Below, in pieces: positions 26,472 to 34,285 of a DNA stretch of 64,000 nucleotides. Each line of letters begins with the position of its first letter. Position 1 is the first letter of the stretch. The notes beneath the pieces are model-generated. The model made no database searches. It was given only the letters and a program-made list of their open reading frames with translations, and was not told where the DNA came from. Source of the DNA: Ardenticatenia bacterium (lineage in GTDB: Bacteria > Chloroflexota > Anaerolineae > 4572-78 > NAK82); NCBI GenBank assembly GCA_003130875.1, contig QEXY01000123.1, positions 16,673 to 80,672 of the forward strand. The letters are read 5' to 3'. The position numbers and the translations under genes were made by a program.

Positions 26472-29195
26472 ATGCGTCGTCCAGGCATATGGGTCGCAAA
26501 TGGCAGCCCATCCGATCCGGCCAAGATGTTGAGCTGGCGCCCCGGCGCGTTGACCGCGTTCTTCGACTACCTCGGACCTAACCGCGTGCTGCCCTATAAG
26601 CAGCAGTATCCCGACGTCGTGGTCACCGTGCGCTTTCAACACCCCCATAACTGGCAGGAGGACATCGGCGCCTCGGCGCGGCGGCTGAGCGATATGGTGA
26701 TCAGCAAATGGCCCGAAATCCGCGATCTGGACGCCTATGTCTATTTCTGCAACGAGATGAACCTGCATTACGAGAACGGCGACCCCAACCCGGGCAACCA
26801 GTCGCGCTACGAAACACCCGAGTTCTATCGGCGCTATGCCGATTGGGTACGCATCGTGGCGGATCGCATCAAACAGCGCTATCCTCAGATGAAGCTGGTG
26901 ACGCCGCCCTTCGCCTTCGGCCATCATGAGGACGGCGCGCCGGACGACGAGGGCAATCCCACCGAGGGTTGGGCGGGTTATGACTACCTGGCCGACCTGG
27001 TGCGCAGCCATTTCAACAATATCATCACCTTCCATGCCTATTGGGGACACGCGGGCGGCAGCGTGCGCGACTGGCTGTATGACCCGCGCCTGTCCAGCTG
27101 GTACGCCTTCCGCTGGCGGCGTGTGCTGAAGCTGTTTGAGAGGCGCTACGGCATTCAGGCCAAGGTGATCATCGACGAGGCGGGCAATTTTGGCGCATCG
27201 GATCACGACTTCACCGATCAGGTGATCTACTACGCGCGCCAAACCCTGGCCGATCCACGTGTCATCGCATTGACCTTCTTCCTGTGGCAGGATCCGACGC
27301 GCAGCCCGGGCAATCTGCCCAACTCGTGGGTGGATCGCTGCCGCAGTTTGGAAAATCACGTGACGCGGTTAGCTGCCATGCCCGACGTGGAGATCGCGCC
27401 GCTGCAGCCCTCGCCGCCCGGCAAGGCGATCCGCGTCTTGATGCCGGATCAGACGGTGCGCGTGATGGATCTGGAGGAATACTTGCGCGGCGTCGTCGCC
27501 GCCGAGATGCCCTACACCTGGCCGCTCGAAGCGCTCAAAGCGCAGGCAGTGGCGGCACGCAGCTATGCTATGGTAGCGATTGCCCGCCCACGCCATCATC
27601 CCGAAGCGGACGTCTGCACCACGACGCATTGCCAGGCGTACAACGAGGCGCGCATTAACCCCAATTCTGACCTCGCCGTGCGCCAGACGCGCGGTCAGGT
27701 GATCCTGTACAACAATCAGTTGGCGACGGCGTATTACAGTTCCAACTGCGGTGGCCATACGCTGGGCAACGAGACAGTGTGGGGTGGCCCACCGTTGCCC
27801 TATTTGCGCCCGGTGCCGTGTATCAACCCCGGCCCCAAGAAAGGGCACGGTGTGGGTATGTGCCAGTGGGGTGCCCATGACATGGCTATGCGCGGCGACA
27901 GCTACGAAACCATCCTCAAGCACTACTATACCGGCATCCGCCTGTCATCCGAACCTGAGACATCCCCGACACCGCAACCAGTGACTGAGGAGGGGGAGAT
28001 TTGCGGCAAAGTGACCGATGCTCAGGGCCAGCCGGCGGCCAGCGTGCACCTGCGCCTGTCCCGCGAGGGCTGGAGCGGCGAGGCGATCACCGGTGCGGAC
28101 GGCAGCTATCGCTTCACCCAGCTGCCCGCCGGCACCTATGAGCTCGTTGTGGTGGGGTACGACCTGCGCCGCAGCGGATTGCAGCTGGCCAGAGGGCAGC
28201 GCATGACGTTGGATCTGCAGCTGCCCGCGCCGGTGGCGCCGCGCTGGGACATGCACGTCGAACGTAAGTTCGGCCTGCCCATCCTGGCCGGTTCGTTGCC
28301 GCGCCCCGGCATCGAGGTGACGCTGAAGTCGCCCATCGGTCTGACGTTCAAGCGTACCAGCGGCAGCAAGCCGCAGTATGGCCCAGGCGGCTTCGAGTTC
28401 TGGGCACCCAATCGCGGACTCTATACGCTCAGCTTTCTCGACCAGACATTCGAGCTGACGCTGGAGGGCGGGTTCACCTTTGTCACCTTCATCGAGGCAG
28501 GTAGCGCGCCTGCCAACAAGGGGATCATCCGCGGCCAGCTGCGTGATCCCAAGGGGATGCCGGTGGCGGGACGCCAGGTGACCTTGCGCGATGGAGGCGT
28601 GTCGCGCACCACGACCACCAGCGCGGATGGCAGCTTCCAGTTCGACGCGCTGGCTGCCGGCAGCTACACACTGAGCGTGCCGGATGCCGGCGTGATCCAG
28701 ACGGTGCAGAACGATGGGCGCAGCACGACCACCGTCGCGTTGACGCTACCAGCTGCGCCGCCGGAGCCGCCACAGCCCAGCGGCGGATGGATGATGAAGG
28801 TGACGCGTGCACCCGGCATGGCGCTCATCGCGGGCACATTGCCGGAAGCGGGTATCCCATTGACGATCATCCCGCCGGTCGGCCAACCCATCCGCGTGGT
28901 CAGCGGCAGCTGGCCCAGCCTGGGTGTGGGCGGTTTCCGCGTGCCGGCGCTCCACCGCGGCACCTACACCATTCAGTTCCTGGATCAGGCGTTCCAGCTG
29001 CCGATGGATGGCCAGTATACCTTGCTCACCTTTGTGCGCACGGCGCCGGCCAGCTCTCCGGCAGATACCCAATCAGCGGATGCCATAGTGCGCTTGGTGT
29101 CATCCCCGATGCCGCGCGCGGCAGCGGAGGAGCTCCTGAGCCATCTGGAGGCCGATCCGCAGACGCGCGGTCGCTTTGGGCTGGAGAACCCATGA
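26472..29195 (+). CDS. Multidomain protein: GH clan-A-like barrel + SpoIID/LytB + carboxypeptidase-regulatory-like repeats
   Basis: FCNEMN, FHAYW, IIDEAG; EEYLRGVVAAEM, EALKAQAVAARSY, GHGVGMCQWGA, ILKHYY; two G.V.D..G.P...T..DGS.F..L..G.Y repeats. Confidence 0.85.
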   Translation: MRRPGIWVANGSPSDPAKMLSWRPGALTAFFDYLGPNRVLPYKQQYPDVVVTVRFQHPHNWQEDIGASARRLSDMVISKWPEIRDLDAYVYFCNEMNLHYENGDPNPGNQSRYETPEFYRRYADWVRIVADRIKQRYPQMKLVTPPFAFGHHEDGAPDDEGNPTEGWAGYDYLADLVRSHFNNIITFHAYWGHAGGSVRDWLYDPRLSSWYAFRWRRVLKLFERRYGIQAKVIIDEAGNFGASDHDFTDQVIYYARQTLADPRVIALTFFLWQDPTRSPGNLPNSWVDRCRSLENHVTRLAAMPDVEIAPLQPSPPGKAIRVLMPDQTVRVMDLEEYLRGVVAAEMPYTWPLEALKAQAVAARSYAMVAIARPRHHPEADVCTTTHCQAYNEARINPNSDLAVRQTRGQVILYNNQLATAYYSSNCGGHTLGNETVWGGPPLPYLRPVPCINPGPKKGHGVGMCQWGAHDMAMRGDSYETILKHYYTGIRLSSEPETSPTPQPVTEEGEICGKVTDAQGQPAASVHLRLSREGWSGEAITGADGSYRFTQLPAGTYELVVVGYDLRRSGLQLARGQRMTLDLQLPAPVAPRWDMHVERKFGLPILAGSLPRPGIEVTLKSPIGLTFKRTSGSKPQYGPGGFEFWAPNRGLYTLSFLDQTFELTLEGGFTFVTFIEAGSAPANKGIIRGQLRDPKGMPVAGRQVTLRDGGVSRTTTTSADGSFQFDALAAGSYTLSVPDAGVIQTVQNDGRSTTTVALTLPAAPPEPPQPSGGWMMKVTRAPGMALIAGTLPEAGIPLTIIPPVGQPIRVVSGSWPSLGVGGFRVPALHRGTYTIQFLDQAFQLPMDGQYTLLTFVRTAPASSPADTQSADAIVRLVSSPMPRAAAEELLSHLEADPQTRGRFGLENP

Positions 29196-30427
29196 CCGAG
29201 CAGCTCACCCTGTTCCCTGCCCAAGACGAGGGAGGCCTGCCGCGCATCTTCACGGTGAGCGAGGTCACGCGGCGCATCCGAGCGTGGTTGGAAGCGGATC
29301 GAGTGCTGCAAGATCTGTGGCTGGTAGGTGAGGTCTCCAACTGGAGGCAATCCCCTGCCGGCCACATCTACTTCACCCTCAAGGACGAGGAAGCGGCGCT
29401 GCGCTGTGTATTGTGGCGCTCCAATGCGCACCAGGTCAGCTATCTGCCATCCGGCGACGGCGAGACCGTGTTGGCGCACGGATACGTCTCCGTTTACGAC
29501 CCCCAGGGCGTTTATCAGCTCTATGTGGACGAACTCCAACCGCTGGGGTTGGGCAGCTGGTATGCGCGCTTTGAGGAATTGAAGCGCAAGCTGGAGGCGA
29601 AGGGTCTCTTTGCGCGCCCGCGCCGTCCTCTGCCGCGCTTTCCGCGACGCATCGGCGTGGTCACTTCACCCAGCGGCGCGGTGTTGCGTGACATCTTCAA
29701 CGTGCTGCGGCGGCGCTATCCGCTGGCCGAGGTGATCCTGGCGCCCACGCTGGTGCAGGGCGAAGACGCTCCGCCACAGATTGTGCGCGCCCTGGAGGCC
29801 ATCACGCGGGTGCACGGGGTGGACGTGGTCATCCTGGCACGTGGCGGTGGCTCTATTGAGGACTTGTGGGCCTTCAACGATGAGCGGGTGGCGCGTGCCA
29901 TCGCCGCTTCGCCGGTGCCGGTGGTGTGTGGTGTGGGGCACGAGACCGACTTCACCATCGCCGACTTCGTCGCCGACGTGCGCGCCCCGACTCCCTCGGC
30001 AGCAGCTGAGCTGGTGACACCGGATCGCGCCGAATTGCAGCGGCGTGTCCAGGCACTGCGACGCGCGCTCGCGACCGCCTGTTTTGACCTGATCACCCGC
30101 CTGCGCCGTAAGCTCGAAGCGGAGGGGCGCGCGCTGCGCCAGCTGTCACCGCGCGCCACGTTGCAGCGCCAGCGCCAACACGTGGACGAGCTGGCACTGA
30201 CCATCATGCGCGCGATGCGCTATGCCATGGCATTGCGCCGCGAGCGGTTGAGCGGGCTGCGTCACCGCCTGGAAGTGCTGAATCCGGCAGCAACTCTGGC
30301 ACGCGGCTATGCCATTGTGCGCCGCCAGGACGACCGCCGCGTGGTGATGCGGGTGGCGCAGGTTGCGTCGGGCGACCGCCTGAGCGTGCAGGTGTCCGAC
30401 GGCACCTTTATGAGCACGGTGGATTGA
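29192..30427 (+). CDS. xseA: Exodeoxyribonuclease VII large subunit
   Basis: GEVSN...GHIYFTLKD, RIGVVTS, ARGGGSIEDLWAFN, GVGHETD, APTPSAAAE; ATGA overlap with upstream gene. Confidence 0.97.
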   Translation: MTEQLTLFPAQDEGGLPRIFTVSEVTRRIRAWLEADRVLQDLWLVGEVSNWRQSPAGHIYFTLKDEEAALRCVLWRSNAHQVSYLPSGDGETVLAHGYVSVYDPQGVYQLYVDELQPLGLGSWYARFEELKRKLEAKGLFARPRRPLPRFPRRIGVVTSPSGAVLRDIFNVLRRRYPLAEVILAPTLVQGEDAPPQIVRALEAITRVHGVDVVILARGGGSIEDLWAFNDERVARAIAASPVPVVCGVGHETDFTIADFVADVRAPTPSAAAELVTPDRAELQRRVQALRRALATACFDLITRLRRKLEAEGRALRQLSPRATLQRQRQHVDELALTIMRAMRYAMALRRERLSGLRHRLEVLNPAATLARGYAIVRRQDDRRVVMRVAQVASGDRLSVQVSDGTFMSTVD

Positions 30428-30475
30428 AAATGAGGACTTCGCCTCGAGCGGAGTGATGATGAAAGGCGATAACGC

Positions 30476-30736
30476 ATGAGTGAAGAGGGGCATCTCACCT
30501 TTGAGCAGGCGCTGGCCGAGCTGGAGCAGCTGGTACAGGAAATGGAAAGCGGCAATCTGGAGCTCGAGCGCGCCCTGCAACTGTTCGAGCGCGGTATGCA
30601 GCTGGTGCGCTATTGCAACGAACAGCTGGACACCGCCGAGTTGCGCGTGCGCCAGCTGACACCCGATGCCGTGTCGGGCGGGGAGCCTGGCCTGACCCCC
30701 TTTGAGCTGCCTGAGCCACCCGAGGAGCCGTGGTGA
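30476..30736 (+). CDS. xseB: Exodeoxyribonuclease VII small subunit
   Basis: TFEQALAELEQLVQEMESG..LE.AL.LFERG..L...C...L..AE. Confidence 0.95.
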   Translation: MSEEGHLTFEQALAELEQLVQEMESGNLELERALQLFERGMQLVRYCNEQLDTAELRVRQLTPDAVSGGEPGLTPFELPEPPEEPW

Positions 30737-30762
30737 TCCGCGTGTTTTGCATCCGATAAGAT

Positions 30763-31437
30763 ATGGACGTGCCGGTTCGACAACGCTGGCGCATCACCTT
30801 CGCCAAAGAAAAGCCCTTGCGTTACATCTCCCATCTCGATCTGCATCGCACATGGGAGCGCGTCTTCCGCCGTGCCGGCATCCGTGTGGTGTACAGCCAG
30901 GGATTCAACCCGCAGCCGCGCATCCAGCTGGCTTCGGCATTGCCGGTGGGTTATGTCGGCAGCGCCGAGGTGATGGACGTCATCCTGGAGGAAGCGATCG
31001 AAGCGGAAGAGCTGGTGTCGCGCCTGCAGGCGGTAGCGCCGGTGGGCTTGCGCGTCCTCGCAGCGCGTCCCGTGCCGCTGCAGGCGCCCGCATTGCAGGC
31101 ACAATTGCGCCAGGCGGAGTACTACGTGCAGATCTCCACATCGCTGCCTTGCGAGGAGATCGCGCGGCGCATCGCGGACTTCCTGAGCACCCCCCATTTG
31201 TTCCAGGAGCGCACGCGCCAGCGGCGCCGTGAGACGATCGACCTGAGGCCATTGGTGGACGACCTGCGCCTGGAACGCTGTGCCGACGGCGAGGCAGCGT
31301 TATGGATGCGCCTCAGCCAGAGTGCGCAGCGCTCGGTGCGCCCGGAGACGGTACTGGAAGCATTGGGGCTGGCAGGAACCCCGTCGCGCATTGAACGTAC
31401 CCGGCTGATCTGGCAGGCGGATCGAGAGGCTGATTGA
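30763..31437 (+). CDS. Radical SAM-linked protein (DUF2344/TIGR03936-like)
   Basis: RYISHLDL...RRAG...YSQGFNPQP...ALPVG; IDLRP. Confidence 0.85.
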   Translation: MDVPVRQRWRITFAKEKPLRYISHLDLHRTWERVFRRAGIRVVYSQGFNPQPRIQLASALPVGYVGSAEVMDVILEEAIEAEELVSRLQAVAPVGLRVLAARPVPLQAPALQAQLRQAEYYVQISTSLPCEEIARRIADFLSTPHLFQERTRQRRRETIDLRPLVDDLRLERCADGEAALWMRLSQSAQRSVRPETVLEALGLAGTPSRIERTRLIWQADREAD

Positions 31438-31623
31438 GCCGAGCTGCGCGCGTGGGCGAGCAGTCAGGGACAATTGCACCACGGAGCACGCAGAGAGCAC
31501 ACAAGAAATTTTCGGAGGAGGCTGACGTGCCCCAACTGCTCCTCCAGTTTGGAAGTGGAAATTAGCACTCCCTGTGTGCTCAACAGGTGGGCGCCGTCGC
31601 CAGCGCAATGGAATGAGCAACCG

Positions 31624-31714
31624 GTGTGTTGAAAAAACTGCCCAGCCGCCCACATGTTTTTTATCGAGGAAATGAGACCAATAAGGCGAGTGATCGAACG
31701 TTTTCTCAGCACGC
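31624..31714. repeat. Short inverted-repeat-bounded element (possible MITE/IS scar)
   Basis: GTGTGTTGAAAAAAC ... GTTTTCTCAGCACGC (12/15 complementary). Confidence 0.4.
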
Positions 31715-31726
31715 TCCCTTCAAGGC

Positions 31727-31755
31727 TTGCATGCCCTGAGCGGGCGTGCTATAAT
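31727..31755 (+). promoter_or_regulatory. Sigma70-type promoter of tatA
   Basis: TTGCAT, 17 bp spacer, TATAAT with extended TG. Confidence 0.7.
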
Positions 31756-31808
31756 CTCTCTCAGCGCCCTGCAGGGCGACTCAGCAAACAACAAAGGAGT
31801 GCCGAGAT

Positions 31809-32006
31809 ATGCCTATTCGGATGGGCCCATTTGAGCTGATCATCATCCTGGTCATCGTGATCATCATCTTCGGCGTGGGTAGGTTGCCGGAGATCGGTGG
31901 CGCAGTGGGCAAGGCAATCCGCGAGTTCCGTCAATCCACCGCCGAACCCGTCAAGAAAGAGGAGCCAAAAGAGAGCGCCAGCAAGGCCGAGAAGGCTGAA
32001 AGCTGA
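31809..32006 (+). CDS. tatA: Twin-arginine translocase TatA/TatE subunit
   Basis: [36 protein letters not shown]; SD AAGGAG. Confidence 0.95.
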   Translation: MPIRMGPFELIIILVIVIIIFGVGRLPEIGGAVGKAIREFRQSTAEPVKKEEPKESASKAEKAES

Positions 32007-32112
32007 CCACTCCAAAGCTTGTGACTGTGTCGGTTGGGATCTTTATGGTGCTGCCCCCTACACGCGGTTGGGTGTGCTGGACCGGTTCAGGGGGCGCTGA
32101 TCTCTTGACGCA

Positions 32113-33093
32113 TCAGCGAACTACCTGCCGGAAAACGCGCAGCAGGTTGCCTCCTAAGATGTTGCGGATTGCTGTGATGGTGTAGCCCCGCTGCACCAAT
32201 CCGGCGGTCAGAGCCGGCAGGTGAGTCACGTCCTCCAATCCAGCGGTCACCCCGTCATATCCGTCGAAGTCGGAGCCGATGCCGATGTGTTCGGTGCCGA
32301 TGCGCTGTGCGATATAATCCACGTGGTCAAGCAACCGTTCCAACGAAGCCTGCTCCGGTGCTGGGGTGATGAACGCGGGGACAAAGGTCACGCACACCAC
32401 ACCTCCGCGGCGTGCTATCCCCTCAAGCTGAGCATCGTTGAGATTGCGCGGATGAGGACATAGCGCATAGGCGTTGGTATGCGAAGCAATCACCGGGCCT
32501 TCCGCAAGCTGGAGTACGTCGGCGACGCCGGGCGCAGCGAGATGGGACACATCCACCAGCATGCCAAGCTCAAAAGCGGTTCTCACCACCTGTCGACCGA
32601 ACTCGGTCAACCCCCTGGCATCCGCTTGCGCAATGCCGTCCGCAGCTGCATTGCGCTGGTTCCACGTCAGTCCGACGCAGCGCACCCCGAGTCGATAGAA
32701 TAAGCGTAACAGGTTGATATCCCCGGCAAGCGGTTCGCATCCTTCCATACTCAGGACACCGGCGACAGCACCGCGAACTTTGGCGCGTTCGATTTCGGCA
32801 GCACACGTGGCGACCACAAAACGTCCGCCACTCTGTTGGGGCAGCTGATGAAAAGCTTCCACCTGCCGCAGTGCTTCCAGCGTGGGATGCTCCGCGGTGG
32901 GATGACGCTGCGAGAGCGTAAAGATGGCGAACATCTGGGCATTGACCCCACCCTCTAACAGGCGTGGCAAATCCAGATGACCGTAATTCAGGCGACGGTC
33001 GAAACCCCTGCCGTCCCAAACGCTCAACGAGAGAAAGTCGCAATGGGCATCAAAAACCAGGCAGTCGCGGTGAATAGGTTCGGGGGAGAACAT
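32113..33093 (-). CDS. Membrane (renal-type) dipeptidase, M19 family
   Basis: DAHCD, SMEG, LTWN, VDVSH, ASHTN, HPRNL, GIGSDFDG, GGNLLRV. Confidence 0.93.
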   Translation of the reverse strand: MFSPEPIHRDCLVFDAHCDFLSLSVWDGRGFDRRLNYGHLDLPRLLEGGVNAQMFAIFTLSQRHPTAEHPTLEALRQVEAFHQLPQQSGGRFVVATCAAEIERAKVRGAVAGVLSMEGCEPLAGDINLLRLFYRLGVRCVGLTWNQRNAAADGIAQADARGLTEFGRQVVRTAFELGMLVDVSHLAAPGVADVLQLAEGPVIASHTNAYALCPHPRNLNDAQLEGIARRGGVVCVTFVPAFITPAPEQASLERLLDHVDYIAQRIGTEHIGIGSDFDGYDGVTAGLEDVTHLPALTAGLVQRGYTITAIRNILGGNLLRVFRQVVR

Positions 33094-33107
33094 AACGCGC
33101 AGATGTC

Positions 33108-34121
33108 TTAAGGAGTGTTTGCCGGCATATCCACCTTAGTCGAAGCGATCACCTTTCCTTCGGCGTCGCGCAAGACTACGGTGTCACCCACACTCCAGGC
33201 CGCGCTGGCACGGCCCCAATACAGATCGGTGGCTGTGTCTACGCCGACCGTGGTATGTACGTGGATCGCTGCGCCGTTTCCCCCCAATCCAAACTCAGGG
33301 AACGTGTAAGTTGCCTCACGGTCGTTGGAGAGGGTCCAGCCACGCATCCACACGTACAGCCCCTGATTGATTAGATAAACCGCCTCTTTCGTCACATCTC
33401 CAGGGTTGAGCACCGTGATGGATATACGGATCTCGTTCGCCGGGACAGGGGTCGGCGTCGGCACTGGGGTCGGAGTGGGCAAGAGGGTCGCAGCAGGGAC
33501 GACCGGCGGCGCAGTGCCAGGCGCCAGCGGCGTGGGCGGTTCAAACGGCAGCAGCGCGGTAGGAGAGGGGGGTGGCGGAGTAAACGTGGGCGTCAGAGCT
33601 GGCAGGCCACCTACTGGGATGAGCAGCTGCTGACCCAACATCAGATAGTCAGGATTATCCAGGCCATTTGCCCGCATCAGGTCTTCCAAGCTCACCTGGA
33701 AGCGCGTGGCAATTGAGCTGAGAGTATCTCCTGCCTGTACAATGTAAGTGATGGGGCCAGCCGAGGTGGGGGTTGCCTGCGTCTCGGCTGGGCTCGTCGT
33801 CGGTACGGATTCAGCAGAGGACGGCCCGGAAGGGACGAAATCGGGCGCCTCGGCTGCGGTCGTGTCACCGGATTGCAGGGCTAGCAACGTGGGAGACGGG
33901 ATCGCTTGCTCAGCCGATGGGACAGCCGGAACAGCGCAGCGCACCATACTCCAGCTGATGATCAGCGAGATAATCGCATTGGCAGCCAGGATAAAGACCA
34001 CTTGCCGCGCTGGCAGACCGCTCTGCCTGCGCATACGCCGGGCACGCTGGGGCATTTCCCACGCGCTTTCGGGGAAGTCCCTCGAGACGCCGTAACGCGT
34101 GTCCAGTGATTCGTCCTCCAT
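33108..34121 (-). CDS. Membrane-anchored LysM + lamin-tail-domain protein
   Basis: N-terminal TM; LysM YIVQAGDTLSSIA...LMRANGL...GQQLLIP; Pro/Thr linker; LTD E.V.L.N...GWTL...YTFP...W..GD...L.D..G; SD GGAGGTG. Confidence 0.88.
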   Translation of the reverse strand: MEDESLDTRYGVSRDFPESAWEMPQRARRMRRQSGLPARQVVFILAANAIISLIISWSMVRCAVPAVPSAEQAIPSPTLLALQSGDTTAAEAPDFVPSGPSSAESVPTTSPAETQATPTSAGPITYIVQAGDTLSSIATRFQVSLEDLMRANGLDNPDYLMLGQQLLIPVGGLPALTPTFTPPPPSPTALLPFEPPTPLAPGTAPPVVPAATLLPTPTPVPTPTPVPANEIRISITVLNPGDVTKEAVYLINQGLYVWMRGWTLSNDREATYTFPEFGLGGNGAAIHVHTTVGVDTATDLYWGRASAAWSVGDTVVLRDAEGKVIASTKVDMPANTP

Positions 34122-34213
34122 GGTCACCTCCTTTGCATAACATAAGTATACCATCAATCATTATCGTCGTCTACAATTGTCATATGTTTACACGCGCAAC
34201 GCCATCGCACTGT

Positions 34214-34254
34214 AAAAGGATGGGGGACGTCCCCACTATGGGAACGTCCCCCCA
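34214..34254 (-). terminator. Terminator hairpin after the amidase-cohesin-dockerin gene
   Basis: ATGGGGGACGT...ACGTCCCCCAT stem, then CCTTTT on the minus strand. Confidence 0.7.
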
Positions 34255-34285
34255 TTCTCAGCCACGTAGCACGAAGGAGAACTTG

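Noticed and set aside
28787-29191. 135-aa N-terminal extension of xseA in the ORF track
   Set aside because: Overlaps the upstream gene; the ATGA-coupled start at 29192 fits XseA length
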